Origin: a virus
Length of the DNA: 64,000 nt
Strand: one strand, 5' to 3'
IMG/VR virus record: IMGVR_UViG_3300046507_000282
Span: 1 to 64,000 of that record
Shown in pieces: positions 1 to 8,843 of this stretch. The position numbers were made by a program, and so were the translations under genes. The first letter of the stretch is position 1, and each line of letters begins with the position of its first letter. The notes beneath the pieces are model-generated. The model did no database searches. It was not told the origin of the DNA and saw nothing but the letters and a program-made list of their open reading frames with translations.

Positions 1-86
1 ATATGCATTGAGCGCGTGCAGCGCCGCCGCGAAATGCGCATGGCAGAGATCGAGGACAAGCTGAAGCGTGACAGCAGGATGGGTAA

Positions 87-314
87 GTGCCAATAACCAC
101 CGATGGGAGCATTTTGAATCTTCACCCCACACCCGAAGAACTGCGCGCCCTTCGCCGGGCCGCAGGCATCAGTCACTCGAAGGCCGCCGCGCTTGTCCAC
201 CTGGGCCACGGTAAGCGCTGGCACGAATACGAGGCTGGGTCTCGCAACATCGATAAGGCCCGTTTCGAGCTATTCCTGATTAAGACGGGCCAGCACCCCA
301 CCATCAAAGCCTAA
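87..314 (+). CDS. Small XRE-family HTH regulator
   Basis: LRALRRAAGISHSKAAALVHL...WHEYEAG matches the XRE HTH pattern. Confidence 0.7.
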   Translation: MPITTDGSILNLHPTPEELRALRRAAGISHSKAAALVHLGHGKRWHEYEAGSRNIDKARFELFLIKTGQHPTIKA

Positions 315-2911
315 ACCTGTTCGAACATGTGGCATGCGTGCGCCGCTGGCATGACGATCACCTGCATTTCGTTGCAGTATTTGCGGTCGAAATCGAAGTG
401 AGCGCACCCGCCGCAGCGCTCCTCTGTGATTTGCTCCTTCTCCTGAATCAGCTTGTTCAGAATCGGGCTCTGCACCTGAGCGCTATCGCTAATCATAACC
501 TTGCCATCCCCTTCGTCAGCATCGGGAAACAGGAACGCCGTACCGCCGTGCGCGCGAGCCCACGCGACGTTCATCAACATGAAGGCGTAGGAGAAGTGGG
601 GGTCGATACCGACCTTCACCACTTTGCGCCGGAATTTCTTCTCTTCCTCGTCTTGCTCAACAATCAGCGCCGTTCGCGTGAAGTGCTTGAACACGCGTTC
701 GAGGATCGGCCCGAGTTGCTTCGTGCCGCGGATGCCGTTGTCTCCGTCGTCCGTCAGTTCCTGCAGCAATCCCTTCGGATCGGGGAACACGCATACGTGC
801 GCCGTGATGCGCGCGAGCGCCACCTGCATGCTCTTGTACTGGTCGAGCGTGACCGTGTAGCGGTCCTGCTCCTCTTCATCCGTCTTGCGCTCTGCCTTCG
901 TCGGCACGGCATCGCCCCAGCGCAGCGAAGCATCCTGGATGGTTGCGTAGCTCGCGAGAAACACGATGCCCTTGTGCCGGTTCGCGAAGCGGTGCGCATC
1001 GTTGTAATTCGGGAGGGTCTCACAGACGCAGACCTTCACGCCGTACTGCACGATCAGTTCCGAGCATCGCGCGAAGGGGTCGTCCGAATAGATTTCCTCT
1101 GCGTGGACGATTGCCATGTGGCCGCTAGCCAGCCGCTCGCAAATGATGATTACGTTGAACTTGCCCATTTGGTCGATACCGGCGAACGTGCCGCGCGCCC
1201 GGTCCTTCCACTCCACGCCGAGCCGCCGCCCCTCTTCCACGCACTCAGCGAGGATTTCAAGGTTGATCGGGATTTGCGTGGGGTCTGCATACGGCTTGCC
1301 GAGCTTCCGGTTATAGAAGTTCCGCATGTCTGCAGCGTTGTGATACGCCTCAATCATTTCGCGGGCGGAAATGGTCGGCGAAAGAGTCTGCGGAAAATGG
1401 ACGGATCGGTTGATGGCGTCCGGATTCTTCGCGATCCACTCGCCGCGCTGCGTGTCGTCAATCCAGCCGTCGCATTCCTTGCACTTGTAGCGATACTCGC
1501 CCGTGAGCCCGGCTTCGCGCTCGCGCTCATTCACGCGCAGCGCAGTCGGATCGTAGCCAATGCACGCCGGGAAGTTTTCATCTAGCACCTGCTTGACGAG
1601 GCAGTGCGGGCACTCCGTATGGAACTGGTATTGCTTCCCCTTTTTGAACCACCAGTGAATGTCGCCGTCGGGAAGGTTCGCGGTCGAGCCCATCAGCGTG
1701 TACTTCATTTTCGACGCCGACATACGCTCGCGGACCTTCTCCATGTCCGCGATCACCATTTCCTGCACTTCGTCAAAGCTAACCACGTCCATCGGATTCG
1801 ATTCCGTGGCCGTCTTGCCCGATGTCCAGAGGAAGTGATACCGCGATTCGCCGATGTTCCGCGTGAGCACGTTGCCGTCGCCGGTAACGCCGGATTCGGC
1901 GAGGCCCTCTTTCATCAGCCGGCGCACGGCGGGGATGGTCCGAACAATCGCCATGAAGCGGTGCGTTGACTTGCCCGCGGCGAGCATTTGCGACGGCATG
2001 AACATGCCGATCTTGGACGACGGGAAGCGCAGACCCAGGTAGATCATGGCGAGCATTTCCATGACCGTGAAACCCACCTGCGTACACTTCATGATGATAT
2101 CGACGCGCTGGTAGGCGTCTTTGACCGTGTGCGGAATCAGGTCGTAAATGAAGTGCATCGCCGGGCGATCATCCAGGCGGAACGGGTAGCCGTCCACGCG
2201 CAGCCCCTCGCGCGACAGGCGCTCACACCACTCGCGAAAGGTTTCGTCCGGGCCGATGATCTGCTGGCCGGGCGTCAGGTCAATCGGCGCATCCACGAAC
2301 TCGCCGAGGCGCTCTTGCCGGAACGTGTCGAGCGACATGTTCGCGCGGTCGAACTCGATAGCCGCGCGGTCGGCGTGTGGGTTACCTTCGCTCTTGAGTT
2401 GGAATGTCTCCCAGTCGCGTCCTGCGCCCCTGTACAGGGCCGCGAACGGCCCGCGCAGGCCCATGGGCTTACCGAAGTACCAAACCCGCCCATGGCGGTT
2501 TAAATGGACGCTCTCATGGAATTCCTGCACCCGGTCGATCTTGTGCGCGTCGTCCACGACGATAAGGTGGAACTCGTCGTAAATCGGTTCGGGCTTGTCG
2601 CGCGGAATGAACTTGATCGAGCCGCCGTTCACCAGGTCCCAGCGCATGTGCTCAGGACGGTTGATAAGCAGCGGGCGGATGACGCGCAGCAGCGCGGCCT
2701 TCATACGCTCCACGTCGTCGTCAGTGGGCACGACGAGCGCCGTCCTGAAGCCGTTGAGCGCGCCGAAGTGGGAAATCAGTAGGGTAACGAGCGCGAGCGT
2801 CGTCTTGCCTGAGTCGTTTCCGCCATGGACCAAGTTAAAGCGCGCAGTGCTGGCAAATGCCTGCGACTGCGCGCCGAAGAGAAGTGGAAGCCTGATTTCG
2901 TGCTGCTGCAC
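311..2911 (-). CDS. terL: Terminase large subunit (GpA-type) with an extra N-terminal terminase-type ATPase domain
   Basis: GpA motifs KCTQVGFT, VVSFDE, GSTA, CPHC/CKEC, FYNRKLGKPY, GIDQ; N-terminal GGNDSGKT / IVVDDAH / NPH...FRQERLGEF. Confidence 0.9.
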   Translation of the reverse strand: MQQHEIRLPLLFGAQSQAFASTARFNLVHGGNDSGKTTLALVTLLISHFGALNGFRTALVVPTDDDVERMKAALLRVIRPLLINRPEHMRWDLVNGGSIKFIPRDKPEPIYDEFHLIVVDDAHKIDRVQEFHESVHLNRHGRVWYFGKPMGLRGPFAALYRGAGRDWETFQLKSEGNPHADRAAIEFDRANMSLDTFRQERLGEFVDAPIDLTPGQQIIGPDETFREWCERLSREGLRVDGYPFRLDDRPAMHFIYDLIPHTVKDAYQRVDIIMKCTQVGFTVMEMLAMIYLGLRFPSSKIGMFMPSQMLAAGKSTHRFMAIVRTIPAVRRLMKEGLAESGVTGDGNVLTRNIGESRYHFLWTSGKTATESNPMDVVSFDEVQEMVIADMEKVRERMSASKMKYTLMGSTANLPDGDIHWWFKKGKQYQFHTECPHCLVKQVLDENFPACIGYDPTALRVNEREREAGLTGEYRYKCKECDGWIDDTQRGEWIAKNPDAINRSVHFPQTLSPTISAREMIEAYHNAADMRNFYNRKLGKPYADPTQIPINLEILAECVEEGRRLGVEWKDRARGTFAGIDQMGKFNVIIICERLASGHMAIVHAEEIYSDDPFARCSELIVQYGVKVCVCETLPNYNDAHRFANRHKGIVFLASYATIQDASLRWGDAVPTKAERKTDEEEQDRYTVTLDQYKSMQVALARITAHVCVFPDPKGLLQELTDDGDNGIRGTKQLGPILERVFKHFTRTALIVEQDEEEKKFRRKVVKVGIDPHFSYAFMLMNVAWARAHGGTAFLFPDADEGDGKVMISDSAQVQSPILNKLIQEKEQITEERCGGCAHFDFDRKYCNEMQVIVMPAAHACHMFEQV

Positions 2912-2948
2912 TGTGACGCCTCAAAAATCGTTGAGCTACATGCGATTT

Positions 2949-2963
2949 ATGCTGGCGTCACGA
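2949..2963 (-). promoter_or_regulatory. Putative late promoter TCGTGACGCCAGCAT (terL)
   Basis: Conserved 15-mer found upstream of nine late-type genes. Confidence 0.7.
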
Positions 2964-2966
2964 CGG

Positions 2967-3200
2967 CTAATCGACGTTCTGTTGCGTTTCGTTGACCCAT
3001 GCGGATTCGGTCGCAACCAGCCATGCGGTTCCGACTTCGACGTACGTGTAGGTTTTGACACGGACGATAGCGCCCTGCTCGATGCACGTATCGGTCAGGC
3101 GATTGCCGTTCGTGTCGTAGGTGTATGCATGCGGCAGGGCGGCCGGCTCGAACGGCTTGCCCAGGTTGTCCTTGACGACGACGCGCATCGGTGCGGCCAT
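2967..3200 (-). CDS. Small late protein with one YD-repeat-like motif
   Basis: YTYDTNGNRLTDT; AAGGAA RBS; late motif upstream. Confidence 0.65.
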   Translation of the reverse strand: MAAPMRVVVKDNLGKPFEPAALPHAYTYDTNGNRLTDTCIEQGAIVRVKTYTYVEVGTAWLVATESAWVNETQQNVD

Positions 3201-3236
3201 GGCTATTCCTTTTGGAAGTGGTGTATGGATGCCATG

Positions 3237-3251
3237 ATCGTCACGTCACGA
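3237..3251 (-). promoter_or_regulatory. Putative late promoter TCGTGACGTGACGAT
   Basis: Matches late motif consensus. Confidence 0.6.
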
Positions 3252-3259
3252 ACGCAATA

Positions 3260-3285
3260 GAAAAAGCCCGCGCGAGGCGGGCTTT
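3260..3285. terminator. Rho-independent terminator
   Basis: aaaaagcccgcgcgaggcgggcttt hairpin with flanking A/T runs. Confidence 0.75.
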
Positions 3286-3311
3286 ATTGGGCTGAAAGTA
3301 GCGTTGCTGGG

Positions 3312-3662
3312 TCAGTTCATTGCGTGGGCGATTATTCCGTTCGCCACTTGCTCTGCGCACTTGTCCATGTCTACCTTTTCGCCGACCGTGGCAGCCGCCG
3401 ACAACTGGCAGATTTTCCTGGCCTGAGCGACGATCTGCGCCTTGGCGTCGTCCATTTGCGCAACTGCTTGCGCGGGATGCGGATCGCTAGACAGCGGGCG
3501 ATTCTGTTCATGTCCGTAGACAAGAATGTCAGTGTCAACCGTAGAGGCTTGCGACTGCGCCACGGCATCCGGCGAGTACGTTGCTCGCTCGGCTCGCTGC
3601 GCACCATACGCTAGGGCGAAAACAGCCAAGGCGGCGATTGATACGGCGATTGCTTTTTTCAT
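3312..3662 (-). CDS. Exported hypothetical protein
   Basis: N-terminal signal/TM MKKAIAVSIAALAVFALAYG. Confidence 0.7.
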   Translation of the reverse strand: MKKAIAVSIAALAVFALAYGAQRAERATYSPDAVAQSQASTVDTDILVYGHEQNRPLSSDPHPAQAVAQMDDAKAQIVAQARKICQLSAAATVGEKVDMDKCAEQVANGIIAHAMN

Positions 3663-3835
3663 GACTGGGGTCCCTCGCTGGTTTTAGTGCGAGCATTGTA
3701 TTTTGCTCGAAAAGCGGGCGCAAGATAATCGTTGCACCGTCAATTTCTTTGTGCCGAGCAGATATGTCAATAAAAAAGGGGCGGCTTTGGGGCCGCCCCA
3801 AACACACGCGCTAGACGGGGGACCGCCCGCGCCCT

Positions 3836-4018
3836 TTACAACGCTGTCAGTTTGATGGAGCGATTCAGTTCCTGCAGGTATTGCAGGATCGGGACCGCTT
3901 CATATTTCGGCTTCGGGGCGGACACCGCGCGTTCGTTGAACGTCTCACAGATGACGCGCCCCGTCTCTTTCTCGCGGATGACCCATGAGGCCGTCCGCGA
4001 CAGGCTTTGCGTGAACAT
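3836..4018 (-). CDS. Hypothetical phage protein
   Basis: Coupled ORF in operon, ASWVIREKETG. Confidence 0.6.
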   Translation of the reverse strand: MFTQSLSRTASWVIREKETGRVICETFNERAVSAPKPKYEAVPILQYLQELNRSIKLTAL

Positions 4019-4239
4019 CAGCGCGCCAGAGTCAGTTCGTACAGCATCCCCTTTTCAATCGACATATCGACCGTGCCAGTGCGCCCGGGAAAGCACGCGA
4101 TGGAGCAGATGAAGTCGAAGGGGCCTTTGTACGCCAGCAACTGGACAATCGGCTGATCGCCGAACCAGGTGCGCACAACATCGCCCACCTTCAGTTCGGG
4201 ACCGAGCTTCCGGGCCACGATTGGGCTTTTCTCGCTCAT
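4018..4239 (-). CDS. Hypothetical protein
   Basis: Overlapping start/stop coupling with both neighbours. Confidence 0.6.
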   Translation of the reverse strand: MSEKSPIVARKLGPELKVGDVVRTWFGDQPIVQLLAYKGPFDFICSIACFPGRTGTVDMSIEKGMLYELTLAR

Positions 4240-4631
4240 GCGCCCCTCTGCTTGACGTAGGCAAGCGCCTGTTGAGCTATTGCGCGGGCCGCTGACAACT
4301 CATGTTCCTTGTACGCAATGCACGCGGCCATGAGGTACTTCGACTGCAACGAGTCTCCATGCACGTCGATATCGCCAGCGGCCTCCATGATGGCCTTCAC
4401 CGCCGCCTGATCTTCCTTGCTGAAGTCGTGGCCGATCCACTCCTGCGCCTCGCCACTGCCATCGCCGTAGGAATGGACGCCGGTACGCGAATCGTAGAAT
4501 CCGACATCGGCGCGTAGTTCCGCGCTATAGGTGAAATCGCGGAACACGTACACGCCGGGATGCGGCTCGGTCACGATGGCCGTCACGTTGCCGTTTGCGA
4601 CTACGCGCGCCTTTGCTTGATTCAGGTTCAC
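4236..4631 (-). CDS. Hypothetical protein
   Basis: GAGG RBS, coupled to downstream ORF. Confidence 0.65.
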   Translation of the reverse strand: MNLNQAKARVVANGNVTAIVTEPHPGVYVFRDFTYSAELRADVGFYDSRTGVHSYGDGSGEAQEWIGHDFSKEDQAAVKAIMEAAGDIDVHGDSLQSKYLMAACIAYKEHELSAARAIAQQALAYVKQRGA

Positions 4632-4764
4632 TGTCAGTCATCCTCGCAGTAGAAATCGACCGCCAGGCTGTATTGGGGGTCTAGGATGCGCACGACACTC
4701 CCGAAGTCATCGGTTGTTTGCCGTGCGAGCCAGAGCGCCGTGAAAAACAGGTCGCTCGGCATGT

Positions 4765-5127
4765 TCAGCGCTGCGGGTGCTTGCGGAAGCCGTGGCGCGG
4801 ACGCGTGCCGTACGCCGGGACCTCCTGCAACTCCTCCATGACGTGCCAGACTTGCATGTAGGCGTCGTGCAGGTGGCGATCCTTCGTGCTGCCCTTGAAG
4901 TTCGTATAGTCGATTTGCATCAGCGATGCGGCGATCACCTGGCCCGCGATGTCGCGGCGGATGAAGGCACGGAACTGATAATCTCGGCCCGGAATCGTGG
5001 TCACTTCGACCGACGGTCCGAACACGGCTTCGAGGTCGCCGTGACGACGGGCGCGAACCATCAGAACGGTATCGTCGCGGTCGCTGTTGACGATGGACAG
5101 GAAGGCGTTATTAAGCATGATCCACAT
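4765..5127 (-). CDS. Phage hypothetical protein
   Basis: MWIMLNNAFLSIV...VRAR...DYQFRA...IDYTNFK; GAGG RBS. Confidence 0.75.
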   Translation of the reverse strand: MWIMLNNAFLSIVNSDRDDTVLMVRARRHGDLEAVFGPSVEVTTIPGRDYQFRAFIRRDIAGQVIAASLMQIDYTNFKGSTKDRHLHDAYMQVWHVMEELQEVPAYGTRPRHGFRKHPQR

Positions 5128-5152
5128 GGTAGGAGTCCTCAAAAAGTTAGGC

Positions 5153-5314
5153 TTATTTTTTATCGCGGTTGATGCGGCAGATGTATTCCCGGTCGTCCTT
5201 GCTCAGTTCAATGGGCTTGACGGGACGGAGCACCAGGCGCACCACCACGAAAACGGTCAGAAGAAACAGGTCACACGCGAGGAACAGCAGAAACAGAATC
5301 GTGTTGTTGTCCAT
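5153..5314 (-). CDS. Small membrane protein
   Basis: Single hydrophobic segment, GGGGAG RBS. Confidence 0.55.
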   Translation of the reverse strand: MDNNTILFLLFLACDLFLLTVFVVVRLVLRPVKPIELSKDDREYICRINRDKK

Positions 5315-5425
5315 CGCTCCCCCGTGTGTTGTTTCGTTCAGTGAGGCTATTGTATTCTGCCTTTCTGGAAGAATCAATAGCCTTTGTGCTTTTTGCGCAG
5401 ATTTATTTTCGAGCGAAAACGGCGG

Positions 5426-6118
5426 TTAGAACAGATTGGTGCGATACGTGGCCATCAGCACCTGCGCGCCTGTTGCGAGCCCCGGCGTGCCGGTACTCCA
5501 ATCGGGGCGAATCTGATAGTAGCGATACGACAGCGAGAGATTGCCGCGCGATACGTTCGCGCCAGCGACGTAGCCGAACTGTGCCTTGGGATCGTGCTTG
5601 AAATGGTCCCAGTTATTCCCCAGGTCATACAGCGACTCGTGCCACGTCTGCCAATACACCCACGCGCCACCTTCAACGCCGAACCGGAAGCCGCGCCACG
5701 TATAGCCCACGTCGAGCGTCAGGGGCACGCCTTGCGTATGGCCCTGACCATTGAACGGGCTGTAACGCTCGCCAGCGGGCATGTTATGCACCGTGTGCGT
5801 CACAGGGTTGTAGTTGGCATCAGGCACGCCGTCAACGCTGGCCGTGTACGTGCCGAGATAGACGTAATCTGAGTGATAGCGAACATCGACGTTGCCACGT
5901 TGATAGAGCTTGCCCGTGAAGCCCGCCATCAGCGCCGGGCTGTTCAGATGCTCCTGATTGTTCTTCGCACCCTCTTGAATCCATGTGCCGTCGCCCATGT
6001 CGCTAACATGGCTTGCGCCGATACCGGCCTCTAGCTGAAACCAGCTTTCTGCATTTGCATGCGTTGCTTGCATTGCCATTGCTGAAACGAAAACACCAGC
6101 GATAACTGCCTTCATCAT
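5426..6118 (-). CDS. Outer-membrane beta-barrel protein
   Basis: Signal peptide ending ANA, alternating aromatic/Gly strands (LDVGYTW, LSLSYRY), C-terminal Phe. Confidence 0.7.
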   Translation of the reverse strand: MMKAVIAGVFVSAMAMQATHANAESWFQLEAGIGASHVSDMGDGTWIQEGAKNNQEHLNSPALMAGFTGKLYQRGNVDVRYHSDYVYLGTYTASVDGVPDANYNPVTHTVHNMPAGERYSPFNGQGHTQGVPLTLDVGYTWRGFRFGVEGGAWVYWQTWHESLYDLGNNWDHFKHDPKAQFGYVAGANVSRGNLSLSYRYYQIRPDWSTGTPGLATGAQVLMATYRTNLF

Positions 6119-6160
6119 TGCTGCCAGCCCTCTTGTCTGTTGAAAGTGAGGCTAGTTTAT

Positions 6161-6177
6161 TCTGCTCGATACGCAGA
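6161..6177. promoter_or_regulatory. Putative repressor operator TCTGC-N7-GCAGA
   Basis: Perfect palindrome, recurring in intergenic promoter regions. Confidence 0.65.
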
Positions 6178-6209
6178 TGCAAGCACTTTCTTCGCAGAAG
6201 GAAGATTTG

Positions 6210-6779
6210 TTACAGGGGCCGCAGGATGGTCCCGAACTGGCGGAAGTGCTCGGCGAACCGGCCAACGTCGCTATTCGTCGTGAAGTAGAGAAACGCCTGC
6301 CCGCGCGTGTTGGCGCGCTCGGCTTTGCCGTCCGTGTTGTAGAACTGGATGCGATGGTCAGTGAAGCAGATCGCGGATGCCTGAGCGGACAGTGCGCGGA
6401 ACATGCGGGTTTCCGTGGCGTTGTTCACCAGGACGATGCCGCGCTTGAACCGCTCGTAATCGAAGGCTTCCAGAAAGCGCGTGGCCGCATCGAGCGCAGG
6501 AGCGCCGGAATACGGCGGGTTCATCCAGCAGGAACCCACCTTCGGCCACGACACGCCGCGCGTCGGGTTCGGGTTGTCGAGCGTGCAGTACACGTCGGCG
6601 CACACGATCTGCTGCGCGTCGTCGCTGCTGTACGGGTCGAATCCGATTCCGCCGAGCACGGCGCGGGCCGCCTCGATGTACTTTGGCGGCGTGAACCACG
6701 CATCGGAATCGAGCCTCTTCGCGCCCGGCGAGCTACCCACGTAGCCGAGCGCGGCAGGGTTATCGGCGCGGCGCATCAT
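6210..6779 (-). CDS. Phage DNA N6-adenine methyltransferase (phage Dam family)
   Basis: DAWFTP, FDPYSS, WMNPPYS motifs. Confidence 0.88.
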   Translation of the reverse strand: MMRRADNPAALGYVGSSPGAKRLDSDAWFTPPKYIEAARAVLGGIGFDPYSSDDAQQIVCADVYCTLDNPNPTRGVSWPKVGSCWMNPPYSGAPALDAATRFLEAFDYERFKRGIVLVNNATETRMFRALSAQASAICFTDHRIQFYNTDGKAERANTRGQAFLYFTTNSDVGRFAEHFRQFGTILRPL

Positions 6780-8320
6780 TTGAGTTTCATCAGGTCGGCG
6801 CGGCGGGCGATCAGCTTGCGGGCCAGCTCCGCCTTCTGTTCGGGGTTGCCGGGCCCGAAGTCCATGACGAGCGACTTGATCTTGTCAGGGCTCACGCTCG
6901 CGACCTTGTTGACGCCGTTCAGCAGTTCCTTGTGCGTGATGCCGCCAAAGACGCTCGATGCCTGTGGATTCGTGCCGTCCGTCAGGGTGTCCAGTTCGCC
7001 CACCTTGTCGCCGAAGTGCTTGCCCTTGGGCTCGCCCTGCGCTCGAAACACCAGCGATCCGCCCACGTCCACGCGCACCGCGTTGCCGTCCCTGTCCTGC
7101 AGCAGGTTGTCATGCGCCAGCCCCACCACGTCCCAATTGGCGAGCCATGCATCCACGGCGAAGCCGTCCATGACGCTCTCGTTGCCCTCACCGAAGTCTT
7201 CGAGCTTGTCGAGCCCCGGGACGATCTTCGACGCGATGGCGGTTTTGTCGCCGACCGTGACTTCCTTCAGTTCCGGCACCTTCACGCCGGCCGCCTCGTA
7301 GAGCTTCCCAGCGAGAATCTCGTTGCGCGCGATGGCGGTTGACTTCGGGACTTTCACGTACCAGTCATGACCTTGCGGGTCTTTGAAAAAGCCGCCCGGG
7401 TTCGAGCCGAGTTGCTTGCCCGTCTTTTTCCAGTCGTCCACCGACTCGCGCAGCGGGCCGCTCGGCGTCAGGCCAGCCAGATCGGCAAGCGTGCGGTCGT
7501 ACTGGCGGTTCGCTGCGGCGTGGACCTTCCCGGGCGGCACCAGCATGACGGCCTGCGTCTCCCATCCGCAATCCGTCGGCGAGCCGCCCACGCGCCGCGC
7601 GCTGTAGTAGCGCGTCATGGTCTGGCCGCGTTCCACGTCGCCGACGAGCCCGGTAATCTCCACCTGAAGCCCGGACTCCTCAAACGCCTCTTTGATGGCC
7701 GTCGCCTGCAGATTGATGCCGTCGTCAGCGTGGCCCTTCGGGAACGTCGTGGCGTAGCCTGCAAAGCCGTTGGACGGCTTTACCATCCACACGCGGCCAT
7801 CGGGCTCGGTAATGAGCACGCCAGCGGCGGGCTCTTTGCCCTTCAGGTCCATTTCCGGTTCTTCGAGATCGGGCATTTGCCCTTCGACGTGCTCCCAGCC
7901 CTCGATGGTTTTCGGATGGCCGGTCCACGGCGCGAGAGCGACGCCATTCAGCTTCGCGGGGGCGTGGCCGCCCGGCGTGAAGGTCGCCGTCACCTGCGGA
8001 TCGTTCCAGGTGGACGTGTCGGATTGCTGCGAGGGGTATTTGACGACTACGTGCTTGCCGTCGTCGTCGCGCTTCGGATGGTTGATCGCGCCGGGCGGCA
8101 TGGCCCATGCGGGGTGCAGCGCATCCTTACCTTTCGGCTTGGACGCGAGCTTCTCGGCGGAATGCGTGGCGTTGCCGTGCAGCGAGTTGGTCCACTTTTT
8201 GGGCTGCGCTGCCTTGACGGCCTTTACCTGCTTGACTGCGCTGGTGTCGTATTCCTTGACGACCGTGCCATCGCGCTTCGTGTACTGCTTGACGTGGGCT
8301 TTGCTGAAGAGGAGGAGCAT
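6776..8320 (-). CDS. Polyvalent protein: N-terminal tag + Nudix hydrolase + HipA/PI3K-like kinase
   Basis: Nudix box FPKGHADDGINLQATAIKEAFEESG; kinase GSNPGG, WYVK, NE, DAWLANWD...DN, RVDVGG. Confidence 0.85.
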   Translation of the reverse strand: MLLLFSKAHVKQYTKRDGTVVKEYDTSAVKQVKAVKAAQPKKWTNSLHGNATHSAEKLASKPKGKDALHPAWAMPPGAINHPKRDDDGKHVVVKYPSQQSDTSTWNDPQVTATFTPGGHAPAKLNGVALAPWTGHPKTIEGWEHVEGQMPDLEEPEMDLKGKEPAAGVLITEPDGRVWMVKPSNGFAGYATTFPKGHADDGINLQATAIKEAFEESGLQVEITGLVGDVERGQTMTRYYSARRVGGSPTDCGWETQAVMLVPPGKVHAAANRQYDRTLADLAGLTPSGPLRESVDDWKKTGKQLGSNPGGFFKDPQGHDWYVKVPKSTAIARNEILAGKLYEAAGVKVPELKEVTVGDKTAIASKIVPGLDKLEDFGEGNESVMDGFAVDAWLANWDVVGLAHDNLLQDRDGNAVRVDVGGSLVFRAQGEPKGKHFGDKVGELDTLTDGTNPQASSVFGGITHKELLNGVNKVASVSPDKIKSLVMDFGPGNPEQKAELARKLIARRADLMKLK

Positions 8321-8347
8321 CGTGACGCCTTATGACTGGTTTAACCC

Positions 8348-8362
8348 AGTCTGGCGTCACGA
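8348..8362 (-). promoter_or_regulatory. Putative late promoter TCGTGACGCCAGACT in an RBS-occluding hairpin (8319-8363)
   Basis: Motif plus 11-bp inverted repeat ATCGTGACGCC/GGCGTCACGAT covering RBS and start. Confidence 0.7.
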
Positions 8363-8369
8363 TCACCCC

Positions 8370-8843
8370 TTAATACTTGACGCCCAGCAGGCGCTTCGTC
8401 ACGTCATCCATCATGTCGTCCATGGTGGCCTTGATTTCCGCTTCCGGCGTGCCATCGTTCATTTCCTGCGTCAGCGTCATGGTCTGCGCCGCCACCCACA
8501 TGAAGAACCCCGTACCGGGGTCGCCAAAGGCGATAGTTTCTTCCGGAACCAGCACGCGCATGACGTTGCCGAGCCGGTTCGGCGTATTCCACGGCTGTGC
8601 ATCAAAGCGCTCGTCATGGCCTTGGAAAATATCACTGAGCAGCTTAGCCTCTGCAGTGATCGCCGGGAGCGGGTCGCGGTCGCCCTTCCCTGCGCGGAAG
8701 TCGGAGTATGCACCGATGCAGAACTTGGCGAAGTTGCGTACCAGCCACGAGACCGTGTGCAGATCGCCCAGCGACGGCTTCCCAGTCGCCACCAGGTCGT
8801 CCAGATAAAGCCCCGTCGGGGGCAGTTGCTTGGCTTCGCTCAT
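8370..8843 (-). CDS. Hypothetical acidic protein coupled to the large polyvalent protein
   Basis: ATGA overlap with 8840 stop; helical and acidic. Confidence 0.75.
   Translation of the reverse strand: MSEAKQLPPTGLYLDDLVATGKPSLGDLHTVSWLVRNFAKFCIGAYSDFRAGKGDRDPLPAITAEAKLLSDIFQGHDERFDAQPWNTPNRLGNVMRVLVPEETIAFGDPGTGFFMWVAAQTMTLTQEMNDGTPEAEIKATMDDMMDDVTKRLLGVKY

Noticed and set aside
6161-6177. TCTGC-N7-GCAGA as a LexA/SOS box
   Set aside because: Spacing is CTG-N9-CAG rather than CTG-N10-CAG, and the CTGT/ACAG ends and AT-rich core are absent
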